Below, piece by piece: positions 27,091 through 36,847 of a stretch of DNA of 64,000 nucleotides; position 1 is the stretch's first letter; every line of letters starts with the position of its first letter. The stretch covers positions 1 to 64,000 of IMG/VR virus record IMGVR_UViG_3300005613_000011; one strand, 5' to 3'. Below the pieces are notes generated by a model. That model made no database searches, was not told the DNA's origin, and saw only the letters and a list, made by a program, of their open reading frames with translations. The position numbers and the translations under genes were made by a program. Source of the DNA: a virus.

Positions 27091-27273
27091 ATGAAAATAT
27101 ACTGCGTATGTAAGTGTGGTGAACATTCTAGTGATGAAGCTACGTTAGAAATAAACTTCAGAAGCTCTACTATATATTTTGTTTGCCCAAAGTGCAACAA
27201 AGAGTATCAAATGAAGATGAAGCCAGTGGCTGAGCCGCTTCCTCGCATCAATACTATGAGATCAGCTAACTGA
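27091..27273 (+). CDS. Small zinc-ribbon protein
   Basis: CKCG...CPKC. Confidence 0.75.
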   Translation: MKIYCVCKCGEHSSDEATLEINFRSSTIYFVCPKCNKEYQMKMKPVAEPLPRINTMRSAN

Positions 27274-27414
27274 TACAGTCTTGAATCGTGAGATTCAAGG
27301 CAAGAGTTGGTTAGGGAAATCAACTGAGTAAAGCTATGCAGAAGTCACTATTAGAAAAATTAAAGAACGCACCTGTAAGTGCTTCCCTGGTTTGTATCTC
27401 TATGAATTCTTCAT
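27261..27414 (+). mobile_element. Truncated IscB-type (HEARO/omegaRNA) element remnant
   Basis: CTTGAATCGTGAGATTCAAG hairpin, GAGTTGGTTAGGG and ATGCAGAAGT..TTAAAGAACGCACC..TGCTTCCC resemble 5-prime regions of iscB elements; no iscB ORF. Confidence 0.6.
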
Positions 27415-27427
27415 ATAATGAGGTGAA

Positions 27428-28009
27428 ATGTATTTAATAGCGAATTCATCAGGTAAACAAATGATTATCGGTGATTTGGGACTAGTCTTAAAGCCGAAAC
27501 AGGCCATAGATTTACATAAAGTAAAATTAAAGACAATTCCAGAAAGATCAGGCGATCTTTCTTTGTGCGTTAAAAAAGGTTTAGTAAAGGTATTAAAACA
27601 AGATTCTAAAAAATCCAAAAAAATAATAGAAAACGTATCAAATGTCACAAACGTAAATACGATGGACCAAAAGAAATTATTAGAGTCTATCAGGTCGATA
27701 ATAAAAGAAGAGGTAAAGAGCCAATCTCCACAGATTATACAAGGGCAAGACAATAAAGATGTAATGGCAGCAATACAAGAGTTGATGAAGACTGTAAAAA
27801 CTCAAAAAGGTACTGTTGTTATAAGGGATGGAAAAGTTACCGAAAGCGAAGAAGACTTAGGTCTGGATCATGATACACTAGTGAAAATTCATTCAAAGAC
27901 TGTTGACAAAAGAATGACAGACACGGAAGGCAAAATGGAATATGAGGATCAGGAAATAATTGACATTGGTATGGGAGATGATCTCTCGGAATTAGAAGAT
28001 TTGTTATAA
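27428..28009 (+). CDS. Hypothetical protein upstream of the actin homologue
   Basis: GAGGTG RBS; 193 aa; acidic tail. Confidence 0.8.
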   Translation: MYLIANSSGKQMIIGDLGLVLKPKQAIDLHKVKLKTIPERSGDLSLCVKKGLVKVLKQDSKKSKKIIENVSNVTNVNTMDQKKLLESIRSIIKEEVKSQSPQIIQGQDNKDVMAAIQELMKTVKTQKGTVVIRDGKVTESEEDLGLDHDTLVKIHSKTVDKRMTDTEGKMEYEDQEIIDIGMGDDLSELEDLL

Positions 28010-28030
28010 AAATATTAGGAGACTATTAAT

Positions 28031-29107
28031 ATGAATGAAAATATTAAAAAAGATAAAATAGTTTCAGTTGACTGTGGCACTATGTTTTTCCAAACAGCTA
28101 CAAGAGGTGAAGGGGATAAACTAGTAATTAAAACAACAAGAAATGCGTTTGTAGAAGTTGCTGACATAGACGATATCGAAGAGACCTTGAAACAAAACGG
28201 TTGGCAATATGTAAAAGACGGTGAGCACTATTATGTAATTGGTGAAGATTCTTTAAGAGTGGCCAAGATGTTCCCAGGACAAGTTGAACTTCGAAGACCT
28301 ATGCAAGAAGGTGTCTTGAATAAAGATGAAGATAAAAAGATGCTTGTCATGGCAGAAATTATTGAGTCCTCGATAGGAAAGGCAACGGGTAAAGACGATG
28401 TTGTTTGTACTTGTATATCATCAGAAGCGGTAGATGATTCTACAACCAGCACGTTTCACAAGGCGAGACTTGAGGCCATGTTTTCAAGGCTTGGATATAA
28501 TGTGGTTATTATAGAGGAGGGTTTGGCTGTAGTTTTTGCGGAGAACCCAAAAGTTACCGAGAAAGACGGTAAAACTTTCAATTTTTCAGGATGTGGGATT
28601 AGCTGGGGAGCCGGAAAAATTAACTGTGTGTTAGCATATAAAGGCATGCCTGTTATAGGGCTTAGTTCTAAGAATTCTGGTGACTGGATTGATAAGACGG
28701 TTTCAAGCGAAACTGGAAAACCTCTTTCACAAGTAACTTCTTTAAAGGAAAACGAGTTAGACTTAACGAAAGATAATTATGATGATGAAGTTTTGTTTGC
28801 CTTGACAGCCTGTTACAGGGCGATGATAACTAATGTAATAAAGAAGTTTGCAAAGAAATTTATGGAAGTTAAGAGCGAGTTTGATGCACCTATTAATTTT
28901 GTTGTGGCAGGCGGTACAAGTATGCCTAAAGGATTTTGCAAGATTTTTGAAGAAGTAGTAAAAGGAATAGAGATTCCGTTCGAAATAGGAACTGTAACGA
29001 GATCTCCCGATCCTAGAAATTCGGTAGTAAAAGGTTGTTTGAGAAGGGCCATTATTGCTCACAAGAGGATTAAGGGAGGTATTCCTGACAAAGAAAGTAG
29101 TGAGTAA
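28031..29107 (+). CDS. Actin-like ATPase (MreB/ParM/MamK superfamily)
   Basis: Phosphate-1 VSVDCGT, connect-1 IEEGLAV, phosphate-2 GISWGAGKIN, adenosine VVAGGTS and connect-2 PRNSVVKG. Confidence 0.88.
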   Translation: MNENIKKDKIVSVDCGTMFFQTATRGEGDKLVIKTTRNAFVEVADIDDIEETLKQNGWQYVKDGEHYYVIGEDSLRVAKMFPGQVELRRPMQEGVLNKDEDKKMLVMAEIIESSIGKATGKDDVVCTCISSEAVDDSTTSTFHKARLEAMFSRLGYNVVIIEEGLAVVFAENPKVTEKDGKTFNFSGCGISWGAGKINCVLAYKGMPVIGLSSKNSGDWIDKTVSSETGKPLSQVTSLKENELDLTKDNYDDEVLFALTACYRAMITNVIKKFAKKFMEVKSEFDAPINFVVAGGTSMPKGFCKIFEEVVKGIEIPFEIGTVTRSPDPRNSVVKGCLRRAIIAHKRIKGGIPDKESSE

Positions 29108-29835
29108 TGCCATATTCAACACAATCTTTAGTTGAAAGAATTTTAGCACAGGCTTTAACTAGTGCGACACCGCAAGATCTTACTCAACCTGTAGATTTAT
29201 TGAGGATAGGAAATACATTAGACACAAACCAGGTTCCCGAAGCGACAGTAGATCAATATATTGCGTGGGCGGATAGCGAAATAGACGGTAGCCTGAGTCC
29301 TCTTTACATAACTCCATTGTTGGAATACGCAGATTTTGAGACAACTTTATATTCTGATATCAGTCCTTATAACGACTATATTGTGACGACAGATGCCGCT
29401 CCGTTTTTTGTCGGTGATGTGGTTGTTCTTTTTGACGGGACTCACGAAGAAAGACATATAATTTCTGAAGTTATAGACCCTATTGACAGGAATGTTTTTG
29501 AGACATCTGAAGCGATTGGATATTCGTTTGAGGCTGGAACTCGCGTGATAAGGGTTCAATATCCTGATCCGGTTCCTGTAACTTCCGCTCGTCTTGCTGC
29601 CGCATATATCTATGATAAATACATGATGGCACAGTCTTCCCCTGCAAAATCCGAGTATGGTATAGAGTTGACGAGAATTGCGAATCAAAGCTTAATTGAT
29701 ATATTGAGTGGTTCTATTATTTTGCACGGACAGCACAGAATTGGAAGAGCGTTTTATAATTCCAATCTATTAAGACAGTATGGATTGGAAGGTGTACAAC
29801 CAGGTGGTCGGCGAGGGCTTGAGAGGATTCAATGA
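29107..29835 (+). CDS. Head-tail connector-like protein (Mu gp36/DUF1320-like) with inserted beta domain
   Basis: MPYST, YIAWADSEIDGSLSPLYITPL and ARLAAAYIY motifs; gene position. Confidence 0.65.
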   Translation: MPYSTQSLVERILAQALTSATPQDLTQPVDLLRIGNTLDTNQVPEATVDQYIAWADSEIDGSLSPLYITPLLEYADFETTLYSDISPYNDYIVTTDAAPFFVGDVVVLFDGTHEERHIISEVIDPIDRNVFETSEAIGYSFEAGTRVIRVQYPDPVPVTSARLAAAYIYDKYMMAQSSPAKSEYGIELTRIANQSLIDILSGSIILHGQHRIGRAFYNSNLLRQYGLEGVQPGGRRGLERIQ

Positions 29836-30134
29836 TAAAAGTCAAACTGGAAGGACACAAAGAATTACAGAAGGAGTTGGATCAGATAGATTCAGGATTA
29901 TCTGCCCTTCAAGGGCAAATACTGGAAAAAGAAAGGATGTTGCCTGATACTAAAGTTGCAGACAGTGATTTAAATGCACTTTATGATGCTTTATATATCG
30001 CAAAAAGACAGCAAGACGAAGTGAAGATAAGTTCTATTCTTGACGAGATAAGTAATTTTAATGTACCGGATGAAGAAATAATAAACGCAATAATTAATAG
30101 GGAAGCGGATAATTTTTTAGATAGTATTTTTTAA
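29832..30134 (+). CDS. Hypothetical neck-region protein
   Basis: VKLEGHKELQKEL resembles the HK97 gp10-like start; gene position. Confidence 0.55.
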   Translation: MIKVKLEGHKELQKELDQIDSGLSALQGQILEKERMLPDTKVADSDLNALYDALYIAKRQQDEVKISSILDEISNFNVPDEEIINAIINREADNFLDSIF

Positions 30135-30136
30135 GT

Positions 30137-31033
30137 ATGGAATACATTCTTGATAGTGTCAGAAGAATAATCTCTAGATGGGTCAGCACTCAAACAAGAC
30201 TTACGGAGAATGCTGAGCCAGGCGATACTGTTCTTACAGTTAGTACATCAAATCGTTTCAGGGAGCATGACGAAACAATTATCAGAAATGCTGTTCAGGG
30301 AGAGACTCCTATTATTGTTGATTCTATTATTGATGAGACCCATATACAACTTGAAGATGCTGTTCGTTTCAGGTGGGAAGTAAGCGACAACGCCATACTT
30401 GAGAAGACGTTCAACCAGAATATGGTACAAGGGATTTATCTCGGAGATCCTGATGTAATACCGAGATATCCAGCGGTTACTGTTACTGCACTAAATAGAA
30501 CATCTAAATGGTTGACAATAGACAGTACGCATGAAACATATAACGTACAAATAGCTATTTATGTTAGAGACGCTAATCAAGAAGGGGCATACAGGTTTTT
30601 GTTACAGATGGTAGATACCATACAAAGAGGATTAAAGCAGAATATTTACCCCCTTGTTGGACCATATAACACTACAACGTTATTAGCAGATATTGCCGAA
30701 CAAGATACGTTTATAAAGGTTAATGATATAAGTCTGTTTGAGAAAGGGTCGAGGATCAACATAGAGGATAGATGGAAAGTCGGAGAATATATGGTTCAAA
30801 GTGTTGTTGACGATGAAACTCTGCAACTGAGCCAGCCAACGTGTTATTCGTGGAATATGTCTGATAATACACAGGTTATAAAATTAGACAGGTTCTTCTT
30901 TAATTCATGGCCCGCAACTATTGATTACGGAAAGATTTTCAAAGGAACGATGTTGAAGGCCGCAACTATAGACTGGTTTGCTTGGGAAGAGAGTATCGAG
31001 AATACATTCCCGAGAGAAACAAGTATTTTGTAA
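30137..31033 (+). CDS. Tail completion/terminator-like protein with two inserted beta domains
   Basis: IYLGDPDVIPRYPAVTV..YNVQIAIYV; duplicated L.....GDT...V....F motif. Confidence 0.6.
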   Translation: MEYILDSVRRIISRWVSTQTRLTENAEPGDTVLTVSTSNRFREHDETIIRNAVQGETPIIVDSIIDETHIQLEDAVRFRWEVSDNAILEKTFNQNMVQGIYLGDPDVIPRYPAVTVTALNRTSKWLTIDSTHETYNVQIAIYVRDANQEGAYRFLLQMVDTIQRGLKQNIYPLVGPYNTTTLLADIAEQDTFIKVNDISLFEKGSRINIEDRWKVGEYMVQSVVDDETLQLSQPTCYSWNMSDNTQVIKLDRFFFNSWPATIDYGKIFKGTMLKAATIDWFAWEESIENTFPRETSIL

Positions 31034-31200
31034 ATATTTTTAAAAACAAAAAAGGATAGAAGAAATAATAGTTGTAATTAAGATAGATGATGTATTTTTT
31101 TGAAGGATACATAAAGGAAACAACCTATATTTAAAGAAAATACATGGAAATAACTTATTCCTTCTAAAAAAAGGTATTTGTTAGACAGGAGATAAATAAA

Positions 31201-31620
31201 ATGGCAGTTATTACTAATACAGTTTTTAGCTCGATTGCTGATGAAATAGGACAGGCTCGTATACTTCAACTATCAGTTGATGACCATATATATAACGCAG
31301 TTGTTGATATCGTAAATTTGCAGGAAGCTTATCTTGATGTTGAGGTTGATTTACTTAGCGAGTTCTGGCAATCTTATCAGATCTCTCTTGCAGAGGCATT
31401 AGTCCCAGCTTACATGTTGTCTGATATTAGCGTTCTTCATCAACATGTCATGGACAGGGCTGTTGATGGGGCGGGAGACAAGTATACTGATTTGAATGAT
31501 TGGCTGAGAGATGAAAGTGTGCATGTTTATGAAACATATGCAGACATGTCTGAAGAGGCAGGCTGGCCGATAGACCACGATAGGATCAAGGCCGATCCGA
31601 CTGTTACTATAACAGGATAA
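31201..31620 (+). CDS. Hypothetical virion protein
   Basis: 139 aa, AGGAG RBS, precedes the tail tube gene. Confidence 0.75.
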   Translation: MAVITNTVFSSIADEIGQARILQLSVDDHIYNAVVDIVNLQEAYLDVEVDLLSEFWQSYQISLAEALVPAYMLSDISVLHQHVMDRAVDGAGDKYTDLNDWLRDESVHVYETYADMSEEAGWPIDHDRIKADPTVTITG

Positions 31621-31642
31621 TTAGCATAAACGGAGAAATAAA

Positions 31643-32647
31643 ATGCCTTCAAGTGCAAAATTAGGATTTGTTGGTTGGGTCAGATTTGGCCCAAGCTATT
31701 TTATCAGGGCAACCTCGGCAGATATTAAAGTAACTCAAGCGATTGATAAGCCGGATGTTGTTGACGGTAAAATAGACAAGACGGTTTATCAGCTTGGATC
31801 GTTGGAAGTTGGAGGCAGCGTTAGTTTTCCAGGAGTTTACGAGCTATATACTGCGACTATAGATTCTCCCGTTGCTATATTGTGGAACTGGGCAACTCAA
31901 AGGGCTGTAACGGGGGAATTTATTCCTGCCAATAAAAAAGACATTACAATTAAATATGTTGACGGACTTGCATTTAAGTATACAGAGTGTGTTATAGACT
32001 CATATGAATTTAATATTGCTGCCGAAGAGGTGCTTAATATTACTGTAAACGTAATCGGCAAAGATCGTCAACAAAACACAGAACCAGCTCTCGACCATGA
32101 TTTACCTGATTATTTGCAGAGAAATACAAGAATTATTACTTGGAATGATGTTAATGTCTATATTGGGGGAGACGGGGTAAGTGTTCAATCGAACGAAATA
32201 CGCAGTTTTACCGCAACTGTCGCTAATAATTCTCAGAGAATTTACACATTAAATAACAGTTTGGCACCTCAAATAGTTCTTCCTACGAAGAGGGACATTA
32301 CTGGTACGTTTACACTTCTTGGAAGAAATAGCGACCTTGGTTTAAGGGCATATGGATTCCAAAATGCCGCAAGAACAGGCAATGAAACAAGATGTACTGC
32401 TGATAATACTATTTGTTTCGGATATGACGCATCGTTTGGTGGAAGCACGACATGCGATTCATCTTGGAACGTAAAGTTTGATACTTGTGTAGTATTTGAA
32501 GTAGAAGAAATGGCTATAACCAACAGTTTCTTCGAGACTACTGTTAACTGGCACGCCCTGCCAGGTATTAGATTCGTTGATGGTGGAAACTTAGAAAACA
32601 GCAACTTTGTTGTTAGTACTTGTACCTCTGATGATGTTCGGCCTTAA
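31643..32647 (+). CDS. Major tail tube protein
   Basis: Duplicated tube-fold motifs (LEVGGSVSF; YTECVIDSYEFNI; IRSFTATVANN..KRDITGTFTL); lies before chaperones and TMP. Confidence 0.75.
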   Translation: MPSSAKLGFVGWVRFGPSYFIRATSADIKVTQAIDKPDVVDGKIDKTVYQLGSLEVGGSVSFPGVYELYTATIDSPVAILWNWATQRAVTGEFIPANKKDITIKYVDGLAFKYTECVIDSYEFNIAAEEVLNITVNVIGKDRQQNTEPALDHDLPDYLQRNTRIITWNDVNVYIGGDGVSVQSNEIRSFTATVANNSQRIYTLNNSLAPQIVLPTKRDITGTFTLLGRNSDLGLRAYGFQNAARTGNETRCTADNTICFGYDASFGGSTTCDSSWNVKFDTCVVFEVEEMAITNSFFETTVNWHALPGIRFVDGGNLENSNFVVSTCTSDDVRP

Positions 32648-32730
32648 TATCAAAGATTTAGTTGATTGAAATTCAATTAAGTTCCGATAAAGTCAACAGG
32701 TGTAATGTATGAGCATTAGGAGAACAAGGA

Positions 32731-33216
32731 ATGTCTATTTTAAACTCTGTTAATCAATTAGTTACAGTTAAGTTGTACTATAAGTCTGTTAGGACTAAAA
32801 GTGGTGTAGATAAAATTATTGTTTTGACTGATGAAGAAGGGGAAGAAGGAATGAAGAAACAAGAGGATATTATAAAAGAGAAGCAGGAAAAAGGTGAAAA
32901 GATTACCGAAGAGGACAGGAAAATAGAAGTTCTGACCACTCAATGGAAATCTTTAAATTGGGGAGACCAGACAAAGATAATGAAGAAATCCGAGAGGTTT
33001 AATCCAAAAGGAGAACAGAATATTGATTGGTTGAGTTTTAGAGACCTGAGAATTAAAAACTGTTTAGTTAATTGGGACATTAAAGACGCCAAAGGCAATC
33101 CTGTTCCGCTTAGTTCTGAAACAGTAGATATGTTACCTTCTAATGTTGTTGCTGAATTATTCTCTAAATATATAGATTTGGTAGAAGGGACTGAAGAGGA
33201 GCAGGAAAAAAACTAG
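32731..33216 (+). CDS. Tail assembly chaperone (gpG-like)
   Basis: Follows the tube gene; LVNWDIKDAKGNPVPL; ends at slippery A AAA AAC TAG. Confidence 0.8.
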   Translation: MSILNSVNQLVTVKLYYKSVRTKSGVDKIIVLTDEEGEEGMKKQEDIIKEKQEKGEKITEEDRKIEVLTTQWKSLNWGDQTKIMKKSERFNPKGEQNIDWLSFRDLRIKNCLVNWDIKDAKGNPVPLSSETVDMLPSNVVAELFSKYIDLVEGTEEEQEKN

Positions 33217-33434
33217 CAGAGCTGACAGACTTTCTTAGAGGCAGAAAATCTGTTAGCAATTTATCACCAAAAGTAATTGAATTTTTAATGTTTCATGAAT
33301 TTGGTTGCAGACCCGAAGAAACAAGAAACATGGATGCTAACAATGTTAAAACTTTTATGGAAATGCTTGCATTATATAAGGCAATAACTGAATCTGAACA
33401 ATCTAAAACTATGAAAGGACTATTTACAAGATGA
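33213..33434 (+). CDS. gpT-like extension reached by -1 programmed frameshift
   Basis: The -1 frame is open for 73 codons (LAELTDFLRG..HEFGCRPEETRNMD..GLFTR*); its stop overlaps the next ATG. Confidence 0.8.
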   Translation, partial: LAELTDFLRGRKSVSNLSPKVIEFLMFHEFGCRPEETRNMDANNVKTFMEMLALYKAITESEQSKTMKGLFTR

Positions 33435-33838
33435 CAGGAATATTCATAGATCCAAAAGAGACGGTATCGTTTGAAATTTTTGTAGGAGTTGTTGAAGGTA
33501 AGGTTTTTACTGGAGATAACAAAGAAAAATTAGTTGCAGAAAATAAAGATATAGACAAAGAAAGTGTCATGTCGTTTGAATTTGTTTTTAGAATTCCTTC
33601 TTACAAGGACAATATTGATATGATGAAGAGCAGTGGAGCGGTAACAACCGATGGGGAAACTGTTGAATTTGATGCGGCTTCTTTAAGGTATGAAAGAATG
33701 GTTACTCTTATACAATCATGGACATTGACAGACGAAGAAGGCAAAGAGATATCACCAACGAGAGAAAACATAAACAGGTTACATCCTACGATTGCTGCGG
33801 CGATTTTAGATAAACTTGAAGAAATTATCGTTTTTTGA
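33431..33838 (+). CDS. Second tail chaperone paralogue
   Basis: LIQSWTLTDEEGKEISPTRENINRLHPTIA aligns with CLVNWDIKDAKGNPVPLSSETVDMLPSNVV. Confidence 0.7.
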   Translation: MTGIFIDPKETVSFEIFVGVVEGKVFTGDNKEKLVAENKDIDKESVMSFEFVFRIPSYKDNIDMMKSSGAVTTDGETVEFDAASLRYERMVTLIQSWTLTDEEGKEISPTRENINRLHPTIAAAILDKLEEIIVF

Positions 33839-33862
33839 ATTCATATATAACTAGTTGTTTAG

Positions 33863-33910
33863 AGGAAACCAGTTGTTCTTTTTGAAGAATAAGGTGGTTT
33901 CCTTTTTTTT
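33863..33910 (+). terminator. Intrinsic terminator/attenuator just before the tape measure gene
   Basis: AGGAAACCA/TGGTTTCCT stem with an inner helix, followed by T8. Confidence 0.7.
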
Positions 33911-33921
33911 AGTGAGAAAAT

Positions 33922-36795
33922 ATGCCAGAAAAAAATGCAGAAATTATAAAAAAATTAAAGCTATTTTTTGATGCCGAAGACGCAGAAAGAGCGGCTTCTA
34001 AAGTACATAACTTGAAAAAGGCCGTAGGAGGACTTAAAACTTCTGTCAAGTCCCTGCTTGATCCGATAGGGAAATTTGCTGCATTGGCCGGTGCTGGTTT
34101 TGGTCTTTCTAAATCGATTGGAACTGTACAAGATTATTATAAAACACTTCTAAAATTATCTTCACAGATGTCTAAGTATGGAGTTGGAGCTGTTACTGTA
34201 AAAAAACAAATGGAATCTTTGTCTAGTACTCTTCACTTGACAAGAATAGAATCAGCAGATCTTTTTGCTTCGTTCGAAAAAGGCTTTCCGATGGTGACGA
34301 TTAGGGGATTCGAAAAAATAATGAAGAATATCAAGAACGTTGTTGGATCAAACGCTGCTGCTATGAAGGAAATGGGGTCAAGCCTTGCTAATCTTGCAAC
34401 TCAATATCCTTGGCTTCAGCAATCTATGGAGAACCTTACCAAATTAGATAAGGAAAGATTGGAAAGTCAACTTGAATTGTTGATGTATACTGGCAAGCTT
34501 AGTCTTACACAAGTTAGAGGGATTCAAGATTACATAAGACAAAATAAACAATCTACTGTGGAAGATAAAAAACACATAGAACAATGGATGCAGTTCCAAG
34601 AAAAGATGCAAGACGTGAGATCTTCTTTTGAAAACATAGCTATGGTCCTTGGCGAAGCATTTATTCCACTTGTAAAAGATTTGTCCAGCTGGATGACCAA
34701 AAATAAGGATACGATAGTTTCAATTACTAAATTTATAGGTACCTGGGCTGCTCGTCTTGGGCCTGCTGTTATAGCGTTTAAGGCAATTAGTGGTTTTGGG
34801 AGTGGGATTTCAAGTATGGGCGGTGGTTTGGCGGGGCTAATCCCTGGCAGTAAAAAAGATTGTGACGAAGCAAAAAGATGTGCTGCCGATGCTGCAAAAG
34901 GATTCTGGGCCAAAGGAAAAATGATTGGAGCCGCTAAAATCTTTGGTTCTGCAATGGCGGGTATTGCAGGAGGTTTGATTGGTAAAGAAATTGGTGGTTA
35001 TATTGGCAAAGAATTAGGGCACGAAGGGGCAGGACAGATTATTGGAGGAGCCGCTGGCGGGGCGATAGCTGGTGCTCAAGTAGGGGGTCTCCCTGGAGCG
35101 ATAATTGGTGGAGGTATAGGGTTGTTAACATCTGCTGTTTCTATGATCAACGATAGTTTCAAAGACGCTGGAGAAGAAAAACTTAAAAAGAGATTACAAG
35201 AAATAAATGATTTAGGAGAGAGATATAGAGAGGCCCATGATGCAGGGAAAACTAGTGATCGAACTTATACCGCTCAAATGAAACTTCTAACGATATCTAG
35301 AAGTAATGATCCAAGTATGAAAGAATCAATAATGAAAGATATTCAGGCACATAGTGAAGGGAAAGACAGAGCGCTAAGCGCAGGCGAAAAACAACAAAAA
35401 TTTTGGCTTGGCCCCCTGGCTCCTGGTGGAGCTAAAAATATAGATGTAGAAAATGCAAAAAAAATGATAAAAGCAAAACTGCAAATCTTAATAAACATGG
35501 GCAAAACTAAAAAGGCCGCAGAAGAAGAACTTAAAAAATCTCTGGCAATAGACAAAGCCGAACAAGATAAATTCGCTGCGATACAGAAGCAAATTAGAGG
35601 ATTAGAGATTCAAACAAATTTAAGATCCTCCCTGGTTGGTAAATTAGAATCAGAATTACAACTTCTATTGATATCTAACAATTCGGGGGATAATACGATT
35701 AAACAATCTATGGAAAAGGCTGATATGGCAATTAAAAATGAACAATCTTTAGCTAGAGAAGTAAAATATGCAGCAGAACTTCGTTTGAAAGACGCTCAAA
35801 AAAACAAAAATAAAGAAAAAGAAGCGGAAGAGACACAGCTAATAGCAGACAAAACAAAACAGATATTAGATTTAGAAGCGAAGAGATTGACATTATATAA
35901 ACTCGGTTTTAAAGAATTTGAAACAGAAAAAGAAATACAAGGAGGTATAGCAAACCTTATGGAGACTCAGGTTAATTTGCTTGATCAGATGGGTATGGGA
36001 ATTGGTGCTCCTGCTGAAATGAGGTTCAGATTGATAGAACAAATAGGTAACAAAATCGTTACTGTTGACAAACAACTTGCAGAATTAAGAGAGTCGCAGG
36101 CAAAAGGAGAAGAAAATCAAGGAGAGATTCAAAAAGATATACTTAAATTTGAACAGGAAAGACTCCAACTTATACAGAAACAATTTTCTGTTTCCAAATC
36201 ATTGAGAGAAGGTTGGGTAGGCGCATTAAGTGCCATGACTGTTGCTTCTGGAAGAATTACAAAAATTATGATAACAAGACAAACTCACTTGGCGACGATG
36301 CTGAAAAACGGGGGAGTTGTTTCTAATGTTAGCGGGGCTTTAGGTGGTGGTGCGATGGGATCATCCAGGTTTGCTGTTGGGTTGGGAGGAGGTTTTGGTA
36401 TTACTGGTGGATATAATGCGGGTTATCAAACCGAATATGGTCCGGATGTAAGAGCAGTCAGGGCAATGGAAGAAGGAGTTATGAGAGGAAATCTGGGGCA
36501 ATCGGCATCTCTCGCTATTGGGCAGTTAGGAGCAATACAAAGGAAAACCACAGCAGGGACTTCCGGTGCAGCATATCTTAGTGGCCCAGGAATGCCAGCA
36601 TATAAAGTGCCTGGTGTGGGGGGTATAAGAAAAGCGGGAGGGGCAGTTTCTCCAGCAGGTGGAATCACTACAACAGGTGGAACTGGAGGTTGGACAAGTA
36701 AAGGCGGTTGCGCTATTTTGAACATTCATATAGAAGTCCATTCTAAAGCAGAATTAATTAAAGCATTAATTGGTTTGGCAAATAAATTAAATTAG
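33922..36795 (+). CDS. Tail tape measure protein
   Basis: 957 aa, helical/coiled-coil with Gly-Ala-rich hydrophobic segments; follows the chaperones. Confidence 0.88.
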   Translation: MPEKNAEIIKKLKLFFDAEDAERAASKVHNLKKAVGGLKTSVKSLLDPIGKFAALAGAGFGLSKSIGTVQDYYKTLLKLSSQMSKYGVGAVTVKKQMESLSSTLHLTRIESADLFASFEKGFPMVTIRGFEKIMKNIKNVVGSNAAAMKEMGSSLANLATQYPWLQQSMENLTKLDKERLESQLELLMYTGKLSLTQVRGIQDYIRQNKQSTVEDKKHIEQWMQFQEKMQDVRSSFENIAMVLGEAFIPLVKDLSSWMTKNKDTIVSITKFIGTWAARLGPAVIAFKAISGFGSGISSMGGGLAGLIPGSKKDCDEAKRCAADAAKGFWAKGKMIGAAKIFGSAMAGIAGGLIGKEIGGYIGKELGHEGAGQIIGGAAGGAIAGAQVGGLPGAIIGGGIGLLTSAVSMINDSFKDAGEEKLKKRLQEINDLGERYREAHDAGKTSDRTYTAQMKLLTISRSNDPSMKESIMKDIQAHSEGKDRALSAGEKQQKFWLGPLAPGGAKNIDVENAKKMIKAKLQILINMGKTKKAAEEELKKSLAIDKAEQDKFAAIQKQIRGLEIQTNLRSSLVGKLESELQLLLISNNSGDNTIKQSMEKADMAIKNEQSLAREVKYAAELRLKDAQKNKNKEKEAEETQLIADKTKQILDLEAKRLTLYKLGFKEFETEKEIQGGIANLMETQVNLLDQMGMGIGAPAEMRFRLIEQIGNKIVTVDKQLAELRESQAKGEENQGEIQKDILKFEQERLQLIQKQFSVSKSLREGWVGALSAMTVASGRITKIMITRQTHLATMLKNGGVVSNVSGALGGGAMGSSRFAVGLGGGFGITGGYNAGYQTEYGPDVRAVRAMEEGVMRGNLGQSASLAIGQLGAIQRKTTAGTSGAAYLSGPGMPAYKVPGVGGIRKAGGAVSPAGGITTTGGTGGWTSKGGCAILNIHIEVHSKAELIKALIGLANKLN

Positions 36796-36847
36796 TCTGG
36801 CCATTTAGTGTGATAAATATCAATAATTTTCGAATAATATATAAAGA

